From an uncultured Solirubrobacterales bacterium (lineage in GTDB: Bacteria; Actinomycetota; Thermoleophilia; Solirubrobacterales; Solirubrobacteraceae), in NCBI GenBank assembly GCA_963760545.1, contig CAVXDH010000002.1, positions 551,699-615,698 of the forward strand: 64,000 bases of DNA, given 5' to 3'. Position 1 is the first letter of the stretch. The number at the start of each line of letters is the position of its first letter. The position numbers and the translations under genes were made by a program. This document shows positions 39,879 to 48,391 of the stretch, piece after piece. A model generated the notes under the pieces. That model was not told the origin of the DNA and searched no databases. It worked only from the letters and a program-made list of their open reading frames with translations.

Positions 39879-40942
39879 GCATCGCAAGCGACGCACAGTC
39901 GGTGGCGGCGGCCTTTGCCGAGCGTCGCCGCGAGATCGAGGCCACCGAGCTCTCACCGCTCGCGGCGCGCTCCTACCCGGCGCTGAGGGCGCGTACCGAG
40001 GACGATTGCGCTCTGCGCACCCCCTTCCAGCGCGATCGCGACAGGATCGTGCATTGCAAGGCGTTTCGGCGACTGACGCACAAGACGCAGGTGTTTGTGG
40101 CTCCCCTGGGAGACCATTATCGAACGCGCTTGACGCACACGCTCGAGGTGACCACGATCTCCCGCACGGTGGCGCGCGCACTTGCGCTCAACGAGGATCT
40201 GGTCGAGGCGATCGGGCTCGGCCACGATCTTGGGCATCCACCGTTTGGGCACATTGGCGAGGAGGCGCTGGATGAGTGCTTGAAAGAGCACTTCAGCCGC
40301 GAGTTTCGCCATTACGAGCACTCGCTGCGCGTGGTGGACCGGCTCGAGCGCGACGGCACCGGCCTAAACCTGACCGAGCAGGTGCGCGACGGGATCGCCC
40401 GTCACTCAAGCCGCGCGCCACTACCTCAGACGCTGGAGGGGCGGATCGTGCGCGTGATCGACCGCGTGGCGTACATCAACCACGACATCGATGACGCGAT
40501 GCGTGCCGGGCTGCTGCGCGAGGAGGATCTGCCGGAGCACCCGATCGCGGTGCTCGGCTCAACCGGATCGCAGCGGATCGACGCGCTTGTGCACGACATG
40601 GTGGAGCACTCGGCGACAGCGAACGACATTGTGCAAGGGCCGGCTGCAGGGCCGGCGATGGCGGAGCTTCGCAAGTTCATGTTCGAGCACGTGTATCTAG
40701 GCGAGGCCGTGCGCGCCGAGCACGCACGCATCGCGAACATCGTGCGCAAGCTGTTCGAGCACTATGTCGAGCATCCAGGGCTGCTGCCTGACGACGGGGC
40801 ACCAGATAGCGACGTGGCCGAGCGCGTCACCGACTATCTGGCAGGGATGACTGACCGCTACTGCATCAGGGAGTACGCCGCCTTGGAAGCTCCGCGCGAC
40901 CGACTGACGGTCGATGTGACCGCCAATCGGCCAGCACGCTAG
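39875..40942 (+). CDS. dgt: dGTP triphosphohydrolase-like HD protein
   Basis: PFQRDRDRIVHCKAFRRLTHKTQVF...HYRTRLTHTLEV...GHDLGHPPFGH. Confidence 0.85.
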   Translation: MSIASDAQSVAAAFAERRREIEATELSPLAARSYPALRARTEDDCALRTPFQRDRDRIVHCKAFRRLTHKTQVFVAPLGDHYRTRLTHTLEVTTISRTVARALALNEDLVEAIGLGHDLGHPPFGHIGEEALDECLKEHFSREFRHYEHSLRVVDRLERDGTGLNLTEQVRDGIARHSSRAPLPQTLEGRIVRVIDRVAYINHDIDDAMRAGLLREEDLPEHPIAVLGSTGSQRIDALVHDMVEHSATANDIVQGPAAGPAMAELRKFMFEHVYLGEAVRAEHARIANIVRKLFEHYVEHPGLLPDDGAPDSDVAERVTDYLAGMTDRYCIREYAALEAPRDRLTVDVTANRPAR

Positions 40943-40951
40943 CTTTGGCGT

Positions 40952-42871
40952 ATGGCTCGCTACACCCCAGACTCACGCGATCGCGTGCGCGACGCGATCG
41001 ACTTCGTGGAGTTGGTTGGTACGCGCACCGAGCTGCGCCGAGCCGGCCCACGTAGCTACGAGGGGTTGTGTCCGTTTCACGACGAGCGCACGCCTTCGTT
41101 CAGCGTGGAGCCGTTGGAGAAGGTGTACTACTGCTTTGGCTGTCAGGCCTCCGGCGACGTGTTCACGTTCGTACAGGAGACCGAGGGCGTGGACTTCAAG
41201 GGCGCACTGGAGCTACTTGCCGACCGCGCGGGGATCGAGCTGCAACTGGAGCGCGAGGATCCCCAGGAAGCACAGCGCCGGGCGCGACGCGAGCGCTTGC
41301 TGGAGCTGCTGTCGCGCACCGCCTCCTACTACGAGCGCTACCTATGGGAGTCCGGGGAGGCGGCGCACGCACGAGCCTATTTGGAAGAGCGCGGGCTCGG
41401 TGAGGCTGTACTGAAGGAATTCCGTGTGGGCTATGCGCCGAGCGCGTGGGATCGCGTGCTGCTGGCCTCACGCCGCGGCGGGTTCTCCGAGGCCGAGTTG
41501 TATGAGACTGGTCTTGCGCAGCGCTCGCAGGAGCGAGGGGGCCTGTATGACCGCTTCCGCTCGCGCATCATGTTTCCGCTGGCTGACCTGCGCGGACGGG
41601 TGCTCGGTTTCGGCGCGCGCGCGATGCGCGAGGGACAGCGGCCGAAGTACCTGAACACCTCTGATAACGACGTCTATCACAAGGGTCGCCACCTGTATGG
41701 TGGCGATTTGGCTCGCGCTGCCGCTGCGAAGGCAGGGGAGGTGATCGTGTGCGAGGGCTACACCGACGTGATCGCCCTGCACCAGGCCGGCTTCAAGAGC
41801 GCGGTTGGCTTGATGGGCACGGCGCTCACCGACGAGCAGGTGGGTGAGCTGGGTCGAATGGCCCAGACGGTGCTGCTTGCGCTCGACGCCGATAGCGCGG
41901 GACAGGAGGCGATGCTCAAGGCCTCGCGGCTGGCCGCGCGGCGCAAGCTGGAGCTGCGCGTAGTTGAGTTGCCCGCGGGCGCCGATCCCGCGGAGTTTGT
42001 GCAGCGCGGCGGAGCGGGAGCCTTTGAGCAGGCGGTGGCAGCGGCGGTGCCATTCGTGCGCTTCCGTGTCGAGCGGGTGCTCGCAAACGGCGATGACTCC
42101 AGCCCCGAGGGTCGCGACCGGATGATCGCCGAGCTGCGGCCGGTGTTCTCAACGCTGGCGCCGAGCGCGATGCGAATGGAGCTGACGCGGATGGTGTCGG
42201 GGAGACTCGGGCTGAGCGAGGGTTTGACCGAGACGCTGCTGGCATCGAGTGGCGGTCAGACCACGACGGGTGGGCAGCCCGTGTCCAATCAGAAGGGCTC
42301 GGGTCGATACGCAACGGACACCGGGCGTTCTGCCGGCGCGAGCGTTCAGTCTCCGCGCACCGAGCGCGATTCGAGGCCAAATTCTGGCGCAAACGACGAC
42401 GGCGGCTCGCGCGCGAGCCGGGTGCTGTCGGCGCGTGCGGACACCGAGCGCGCGTTCCTGGCGCTGTGCATCGCAACGCCGCAATACGGGGAGAGCGCGC
42501 TCAGGGAGGTGGAGCTCGATGGCGTGTTCACCAGCGAGCTGTTGCGTCGCGCGGCCGAGCACCTGAAGTCGGGGCACCTGGCGGAGCCACTCAAAGACGT
42601 GGATGCCGAGGACCGCGAGCTGGTGAGCCTGCTCGCCGAGCTGACCGTGGAAGCAGGCCGCTGGCCGGTGTCGGCCCGCTCGCGCAAGCCGCCGATGCTC
42701 GAAGTTCAGCAACTTCAGCTGCAGCTGGCATGGATCGACCGCCGCATCCACGCCGCACGCGCGCAGGGTATCGGCGAGGTGAGCGATCTCGCGAAGCTGC
42801 GCGGGGAGGTCAAGCAGGAGTTCGACCGGGCCCAGGAGCGGGCTTTGGAGAAGTCGGGGCCGGACACGTAG
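40952..42871 (+). CDS. dnaG: DNA primase
   Basis: A zinc ribbon (CPFHDERTPSFSV...YYCFGCQASGD) and a TOPRIM domain (VIVCEGYTDVIALHQAG...LALDADSAG). Confidence 0.9.
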   Translation: MARYTPDSRDRVRDAIDFVELVGTRTELRRAGPRSYEGLCPFHDERTPSFSVEPLEKVYYCFGCQASGDVFTFVQETEGVDFKGALELLADRAGIELQLEREDPQEAQRRARRERLLELLSRTASYYERYLWESGEAAHARAYLEERGLGEAVLKEFRVGYAPSAWDRVLLASRRGGFSEAELYETGLAQRSQERGGLYDRFRSRIMFPLADLRGRVLGFGARAMREGQRPKYLNTSDNDVYHKGRHLYGGDLARAAAAKAGEVIVCEGYTDVIALHQAGFKSAVGLMGTALTDEQVGELGRMAQTVLLALDADSAGQEAMLKASRLAARRKLELRVVELPAGADPAEFVQRGGAGAFEQAVAAAVPFVRFRVERVLANGDDSSPEGRDRMIAELRPVFSTLAPSAMRMELTRMVSGRLGLSEGLTETLLASSGGQTTTGGQPVSNQKGSGRYATDTGRSAGASVQSPRTERDSRPNSGANDDGGSRASRVLSARADTERAFLALCIATPQYGESALREVELDGVFTSELLRRAAEHLKSGHLAEPLKDVDAEDRELVSLLAELTVEAGRWPVSARSRKPPMLEVQQLQLQLAWIDRRIHAARAQGIGEVSDLAKLRGEVKQEFDRAQERALEKSGPDT

Positions 42872-42928
42872 CGAACGTTGTCCTGTTGGGAGAGTGCTGT
42901 GCGTCCCCGCGCCGGGGGCGTATCGCAG

Positions 42929-42942
42929 CGAACGCATGTTCC
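42929..42942. promoter_or_regulatory. LexA (Cheo/SOS) box-like motif upstream of the HNH gene
   Basis: CGAACGCATGTTCC fits the remembered consensus CGAACRNRYGTTYC at every position. It lies 29 bp before the ATG at 42971. Confidence 0.4.
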
Positions 42943-42970
42943 CATTGCTCTGTCCGACCGATAGTAGACA

Positions 42971-43681
42971 ATGCAGTGCATGGATCGCGCATCGCTGGAG
43001 GAATTTCTGAGCCAAGGATTGTCGTTGGCCGAGATCGGCAAGCGGTTCGGCAAGCATGAAGCGACGGTGGCCTACTGGATGGATAAGCACGGGCTTCAAG
43101 CTGTCAATCGGCAGAAGCACGCCGCGCGCGGGGGTTTGGATCGAGCCGAGCTGGAGGTACTGGTCGGGCAGGGTGCGTCGATCGCTCAGATCGCCAAGGC
43201 TGTGGGTCGCAGCAAGGCGACGGTCAGGCATTGGCTGCGGGAGTATGACTTGAAGACTCAACGGGCAGAGTCCCGAGAGAAGGCTGGTGCTGAATGCTCC
43301 GACACGGTCGATGATCTCGTCAGACGTAAGTGTCCCCACCATGGATTGACAGAGTTCAAGAGAAGATCGCCCAGCGGGTATCGATGTCTCAAGTGTCGAT
43401 CGGAAGCGGTCACCAAGCGCCGCCGGCGGGTCAAGCGAACGCTTGTAGATGAGGCAGGAGGAGCCTGCAGGATCTGTGGCTATCGCCGCTGTCTGGCAGC
43501 GCTCGAGTTCCACCATGTCGAGCCAGCCGACAAGCGCTTTGCGCTTAGTCATCGAGGGGTGGCAAGGTCGATTGAGAAGGCCAGGGAGGAGGCAAGCAAG
43601 TGTGTCCTCCTATGTGCCAACTGCCATGTGGAGGTCGAGGCTGGAATCGTTACGCTGTCGGCAAGCGACGATGATGCTTAG
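42971..43681 (+). CDS. HNH endonuclease with two tandem N-terminal HTH modules
   Basis: The repeats are GLSLAEIGKRFGKHEATVAYWMDKHGL and GASIAQIAKAVGRSKATVRHWLREYDL. The C-terminus has CRICGY...LEFHHVEP...CVLLCANCHVEVE. Confidence 0.7.
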   Translation: MQCMDRASLEEFLSQGLSLAEIGKRFGKHEATVAYWMDKHGLQAVNRQKHAARGGLDRAELEVLVGQGASIAQIAKAVGRSKATVRHWLREYDLKTQRAESREKAGAECSDTVDDLVRRKCPHHGLTEFKRRSPSGYRCLKCRSEAVTKRRRRVKRTLVDEAGGACRICGYRRCLAALEFHHVEPADKRFALSHRGVARSIEKAREEASKCVLLCANCHVEVEAGIVTLSASDDDA

Positions 43682-43722
43682 AATGTCGCAATGAAGCCCC
43701 GGATGTTCCCGGGGTAGTTCGG

Positions 43723-43796
43723 TCCGGGGTAGCTCAACTGGCAGATGCGCTCGACTGTTAATCGAGAGGTTGTGGGTTCGACTCCCACCCCCGGAG
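43723..43796 (+). tRNA. tRNA-Asn (GTT)
   Basis: Cloverleaf with acceptor tccgggg/ccccgga, anticodon loop ctGTTaa and T-arm gtgggttcgactcccac. Confidence 0.9.
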
Positions 43797-43809
43797 CTTC
43801 TGAATCGTT

Positions 43810-45099
43810 CTAGCGGCGTGCAGCAAGAACAGTGGGCATGCTAGGTGGCGATCCCTGCGCTTCGGCAAGCTGCTCGATGTGCACTGCGGCACGAGCGCCG
43901 GTGTCGTGCTCTGACACCCAGGCGGCAAGCTCTTGCGCGCACTCTCGGATGGAGGCATCGCCGAGGGCGAGTTCGACCGCATGCCGTAGAGGTCTTGGAG
44001 AGATGAAGCGACGCGGCAGACGTACTCCTGCACCTGCCCACACGAGACGCGCGGCGTTCTCGTTCATGTCACCGGCGACTGGGCAGGCGACGACAGGAAC
44101 ACCGAGCGAGAGAGCGCGGACCAGCGTGCCGTGTCCAGCGTGACAGACGATCGCATCGCAATGGGGGAGGGTGCGGACGTAGGAGACCCAGTCCACAACG
44201 CTCGTGTTCTCGGGAACAGATAGCGGGCGCGAGGGGAGACGGCGGTTGTAGGTGGCGAGCACGCGCACGGGAGTGTCCGCGAGACCGCGCAAGGCGGCGT
44301 GCAGCAGACGGTGATCGGGGTCCTGGGAGGTGGAGGGCGCGACAAGGACGACCGGATCGCTGCCTGGCGGTAGCGGAACCTCCTGTGCCGGCGGCTCCCA
44401 CATGAGTGGGCCGATGACATGGGCGTGGGAGGGCCAGGGACGCGGGTACTCCAGCTGGGGAAAGGTGGCGATCAGCGCCAGCTGCCGGCTGGTGCCGCCG
44501 TGCGGATAGGTCAACGGAGGCAGACCGACCTGCGCGCGTGTGCGATTGAGCGCGAGGCGTCCGCTCTCGAGGCCGCGACGCACGGGTAGGTGGGCGCGCT
44601 CCCAGAAGGCACGGCCGGCGGCGGTGCGTGGCAAGCGAGCCCCGAATGAGTAGATCGGAAAGCCCGGGCCCGCCTCCGGAAAGACGTGGGGGACGAGCGT
44701 GGCGCGCGGGATGTCGAGCAGCTCGGCCGCGAGCGATGGTCCCAGCGTGAGAATGTCGTGGACAACGACGTCGGGATGTAGCTCGCGCACTAGCGGAAGC
44801 GTGTCGCGGGTGGCGTAGACCACGGCCTCGTAGAAGTCGAGCGGCTGATCGCCGATCGGAAACGCGCTGTACTCTGGCGCGGGGGTGAAGGTCAGGCCCT
44901 CGGCCTCCACAGGCGCGCGCCAGCGCTCCCATGTCTGCAGCGTTACGTGATGGCCACGGGCAAGCAGCGCGCGGCCGAGCGCGATCATTGGGAACGCGTG
45001 CCCGGGGTCGCCGAAGGCGCCGAGCAGAAGGCGCAACCGCCGCGAAGCGGGTTGCAGACAATCATCCCGCGAAACGGGATGGGCGGTAGAAATGGACAT
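43810..45099 (-). CDS. GT1-family (MGT/UDP-glycosyltransferase-like) glycosyltransferase
   Basis: LLGAFGDPGHAFPMIALGRALLARGHHVTL and the C-terminal CDAIVCHAGHGTLVRALSLGVPVVACPVAGDMNENA. Start at the internal ATG at 45099. Confidence 0.8.
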   Translation of the reverse strand: MSISTAHPVSRDDCLQPASRRLRLLLGAFGDPGHAFPMIALGRALLARGHHVTLQTWERWRAPVEAEGLTFTPAPEYSAFPIGDQPLDFYEAVVYATRDTLPLVRELHPDVVVHDILTLGPSLAAELLDIPRATLVPHVFPEAGPGFPIYSFGARLPRTAAGRAFWERAHLPVRRGLESGRLALNRTRAQVGLPPLTYPHGGTSRQLALIATFPQLEYPRPWPSHAHVIGPLMWEPPAQEVPLPPGSDPVVLVAPSTSQDPDHRLLHAALRGLADTPVRVLATYNRRLPSRPLSVPENTSVVDWVSYVRTLPHCDAIVCHAGHGTLVRALSLGVPVVACPVAGDMNENAARLVWAGAGVRLPRRFISPRPLRHAVELALGDASIRECAQELAAWVSEHDTGARAAVHIEQLAEAQGSPPSMPTVLAARR

Positions 45100-45152
45100 G
45101 ACGCTACGGACTGTGAGTGGCGAACACGGATGTCCCGGCCGTGAGCGTCGCG

Positions 45153-46187
45153 TTAAGCCGCCAGCTCGGCCACGAGACGCAGCTGCTCCAGGCGATCGTC
45201 CTTGTTGAAGGCGATCGGCGTGAGACCGAGCGTTCCGACGCCGGCGTCGCGGTAGATCGCCAGCCGCTCGCGAACGACGTCCTTGGGACCGCACAGCGAG
45301 ACCATGTCGATCAGGGCGTCGGGGATCGCGGCCATCGCCTCCTCGCGCTTGCCCTCCAGATAGAGGTCCTGGATGACTTTCGCCTGCTCCTCGAAGCCAT
45401 AGCGACAGACGAGGTTGTTGTAGAAGTTCTGCTTGCGCGAGCCCATGCCACCGACATACAGCGCGATGAACGGCCGCATCGCGTCGCGTGCGACGGGAAG
45501 GTCGTCGGTGACGAACACGTTGACGGTCGGGGCGATGTCGAAGCCATCGAGCGAGCGTCCGACTCGATCGGCGCCTTCTTGCAATAGAGGGCGCAGCTCG
45601 GAGACGTGCTCGGGTGAGAACAACGTAGGGATCCAGCCATCGGCGATCTCACCGGCAAGCGCCGTGTTCTTGGGACCGATCGCGGCGAGATACACGGGAA
45701 TCTGCTCTTGGACGGGAGCGATCGTGAGCTTCAACGCCTTACCCGGACCATCAGGCAGAGGTAGCTCGAGCGTCTCGCCATGAAACTCGAGTCGTTCGCG
45801 CGCGAGGGCCTTGCGTACAACGGCGACGTACTCGCGCGTACGCTGCAATTGCTTGCCGAATCGCTGTCCGTGCCAGCCCTCAGCGACCTGCGGCCCGGAG
45901 GAGCCGATGCCGAGGATCATGCGCCCACCGGAGAGCTGGTCGATCGTGGCGGCGGTCATCGCGGTCATCGCGGGTGAACGACCTGGCATCTGGAATATGC
46001 CCGAGCCCAGGCGAATCTTCGAGGTCTGCCCGGCAAGCCAGGAGAGCACGGTGGCCGCGTCGGAGCCATAGGCCTCGGCGGTCCACACCGAGTCGTATCC
46101 AAGCTTCTCGGCTTCCTGGACGATTTCAAGCTGGTCTTGAGAGCTGAGTCCGAGGCCCCAGTAGCCGATGTGTACGCCTAGCTTCAT
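45153..46187 (-). CDS. LLM-class (F420-dependent-like) oxidoreductase
   Basis: MKLGVHIGYWGLG...LGYDSVWTAEAYGSDAAT...LGSGIFQMPGRSPA. Confidence 0.85.
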   Translation of the reverse strand: MKLGVHIGYWGLGLSSQDQLEIVQEAEKLGYDSVWTAEAYGSDAATVLSWLAGQTSKIRLGSGIFQMPGRSPAMTAMTAATIDQLSGGRMILGIGSSGPQVAEGWHGQRFGKQLQRTREYVAVVRKALARERLEFHGETLELPLPDGPGKALKLTIAPVQEQIPVYLAAIGPKNTALAGEIADGWIPTLFSPEHVSELRPLLQEGADRVGRSLDGFDIAPTVNVFVTDDLPVARDAMRPFIALYVGGMGSRKQNFYNNLVCRYGFEEQAKVIQDLYLEGKREEAMAAIPDALIDMVSLCGPKDVVRERLAIYRDAGVGTLGLTPIAFNKDDRLEQLRLVAELAA

Positions 46188-46201
46188 GTGCGTCCTTTCC
46201 T

Positions 46202-46924
46202 TTAGATGGCGTCTCCGGGACGCACGAACATCATCTCAGGAACAACACAGGCGGGGGAGACGCGCAGCAGGTAGCGCACCGCCTCGGAGATGTCCTCGGG
46301 ACGAATCATGTCCTCCGCTTTGACTTGGCCCTTCACGAAGTCGGTCATGGGCGTGTCCACGAACGCGGGGCAGAGAGCGGTGGACTTGATGCCGGAGGAG
46401 CCCAACTCCTTGTTCATCGCTTCGGTCCAGCCGACGACCGCATGCTTGGTCGCTGAGTAGACCGAAAGCCACGCCTCGGCACGCTTGCCGGAGATCGAAG
46501 CTGTGTTGACGACCAGCGTGTTGGAGTGCTCCGCCGCCGACTCCTTGAGCATCGAGATGCACTCGCGGTAGAACAGCACGATCGAGCGCACATTGACGTC
46601 GAGCTGCATGTCGAGATGCTTGGTTTGGATCTCTCCAACCGGAGCGCCGATGCCGACGCCGGCGTTGTTGACGAGCACGTCGAGCCGGCCATAGCGCTCT
46701 TTGTGAGCTGCGACGACCTTCTGGATCTCGCTCTCCTCCGAGAGTCCGGCGGGCACGCCATGGACGTCGAACCCGTCAGCGGCAAGTCCGTCGACGGCTG
46801 CTTGGAGCTTCTCTGGTCGCCTGGCGGCCATCGTGACGCCATAGCCCTCCTCGCCGAGCATCCGCGCAATCGCCAAGCCGATACCGCTCGACGCTCCCGT
46901 AACGATCGCTGCACGCGCTGCCAT
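46202..46924 (-). CDS. SDR-family oxidoreductase
   Basis: AIVTGASSGIGLAIA, NNAG and YSATKHAV, the TGxxxGxG and YxxxK motifs. Confidence 0.85.
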   Translation of the reverse strand: MAARAAIVTGASSGIGLAIARMLGEEGYGVTMAARRPEKLQAAVDGLAADGFDVHGVPAGLSEESEIQKVVAAHKERYGRLDVLVNNAGVGIGAPVGEIQTKHLDMQLDVNVRSIVLFYRECISMLKESAAEHSNTLVVNTASISGKRAEAWLSVYSATKHAVVGWTEAMNKELGSSGIKSTALCPAFVDTPMTDFVKGQVKAEDMIRPEDISEAVRYLLRVSPACVVPEMMFVRPGDAI

Positions 46925-47030
46925 TGCCGCTCCCCTCGTTGGTTGACCGACGAATCAAACCATCCCACGCGCATAAGCGCAGGCAGCCGTCGCGCTGGTA
47001 GCTTCTGAGCAGTCGCATAGACCGCGACGC

Positions 47031-47104
47031 GGGCCCGTAGCTCAGTTGGTTAGAGCCGCCGACTCATAATCGGTTGGTCCCAGGTTCGAGTCCTGGCGGG
47101 CCCA
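47031..47104 (+). tRNA. tRNA with CAT anticodon (Met, or more likely lysidine-type Ile2)
   Basis: Acceptor gggcccg/cgggccc, anticodon loop ctCATaa. The anticodon stem and variable loop (gccgaCTCATAAtcggt tggtc) resemble E. coli ileX as I recall it. No encoded CCA. Confidence 0.9.
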
Positions 47105-47106
47105 CT
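47062..47106. repeat. attL core: 45-bp direct repeat (3' part of the tRNA)
   Basis: actcataatcggttggtcccaggttcgagtcctggcgggcccact, identical to 62978-63022. Confidence 0.9.
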
Positions 47107-47107
47107 C

Positions 47108-47137
47108 AAGAATCCTGCATAATTATGCGGGATTCTT
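47108..47137 (+). terminator. hairpin immediately after the tRNA / attL core
   Basis: aagaatcctgcata at tatgcgggattctt forms a 14-bp stem with one G-U. A related hairpin follows the attR core. Confidence 0.45.
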
Positions 47138-47273
47138 GGGTAGGAGGTAGTGCGTACCGTCCCACGACGCGCTTTGGGGCCACTCTTGGGGCCACCCGCC
47201 CCAGAAAGATGTCCCAGCCGCTGACCATCAGTGCGGTTGTTCGGGCGCCCGGTCATTCGCGCGCGTAGTAGCG

Positions 47274-48128
47274 CTACTGTGGCTTTGTCGCGTAGGCGCC
47301 GATGATTGTCGGCCAGAGCGAGATGCGTCCGACCGGTCCGGTGTCGGCACGCAGACGCTCGGCGAGGGTGTCGATGTCCACTTCCTCCTCGGTTGCCACA
47401 CCGGCAGCCACGATCCCGGGCAGCAAGCTGCGGGCATAGTCAACGGCCTCGGAGACTGCCTCCTCACCAACGGCAATCGCGACTTCGCTGTCGAGGTCCA
47501 GGCTGGGCCGCAGGCCGGCTTGCGCGAACGTCGCGGGCAACCGCATTCCCATGTCCGGCTGCGTGCCCAGCCCGCCGAAAGCGCCATCAATCCACTCGCT
47601 GAGCTGCTCAGACGCCGGAGTGTGCGGCCAGGACACCAAGAACCTCTGCGGTATCGCAGACCCCACGCGCATGCACATCTCCGCGAACACGACCACCCCA
47701 CCCGGGCGTACATGGCGTGCCGCGGCCCGCACCGCCGCGGGCGGGTCACCCTGGTACATCAGCACGAGCCGCCCGACCAACGCATCAAACGGGCCACCGG
47801 CAAGCTCGACCTCGCGAAAGTCACCGCACACGAACTCGACGTTCTCGATGCCGGCCTCGGCCGCCCTCTGACGCGCCCTCTCAAGCGCCTGCTCATCACG
47901 CTCGACCCCGACCACCGAACCGTCGGCGCCGACTAGCTCTGACAGAAGTAAACTGACATCGCCCGGCCCGCAGCCCACATCGAGGACCCGCATCCCGGGC
48001 TCGATCCCCGCGCGCGCCAGCAGACGGCGCGTGAACGGCGCATACATGTCGGCCTGGCGGGCCAGCCGCTCGTGCTCACCTTCGTTGGATGCACTCAACG
48101 CATACCCAGGGTCTCCCGTGGCTGACAC
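47274..48128 (-). CDS. class I SAM-dependent methyltransferase (small-molecule type)
   Basis: RVLDVGCGPGDVSLLL...VVGVERDE...DALVGRLVLMY. No DNA-methyltransferase motifs (no DPPY/NPPY, no PCQ). Confidence 0.85.
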   Translation of the reverse strand: MSATGDPGYALSASNEGEHERLARQADMYAPFTRRLLARAGIEPGMRVLDVGCGPGDVSLLLSELVGADGSVVGVERDEQALERARQRAAEAGIENVEFVCGDFREVELAGGPFDALVGRLVLMYQGDPPAAVRAAARHVRPGGVVVFAEMCMRVGSAIPQRFLVSWPHTPASEQLSEWIDGAFGGLGTQPDMGMRLPATFAQAGLRPSLDLDSEVAIAVGEEAVSEAVDYARSLLPGIVAAGVATEEEVDIDTLAERLRADTGPVGRISLWPTIIGAYATKPQ

Positions 48129-48351
48129 GCCGGGAGAGTCTACGCACGCCCGTCAGCCACCGTGGGGCACCCTGCGTCCTCGAAGCGGATACGGCTGCGG
48201 CCTCAGCGCAGAGAAGCAGCAGTCGGCTACGAAACCGTGAACGAGGCGCGCGGTCTACTCGATGCCTGCGCCAGCCCGCTCGCTCGTTCGAGCGCACACC
48301 CACGAAACTCGTCCAGGAACAGACCCGACTAACTAATCCGAGTTCGCAGAA

Positions 48352-48365
48352 CGAACACCAGTTCG
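48352..48365. promoter_or_regulatory. LexA-box-like inverted repeat CGAAC-N4-GTTCG upstream of the TIR gene
   Basis: aCGAACaccaGTTCGt has perfect 5+5 arms and lies 27 bp before the ATG at 48392, in a locally AT-richer stretch. Confidence 0.4.
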
Positions 48366-48391
48366 TCCTCGGTGCTTGATAAACCTAATAG

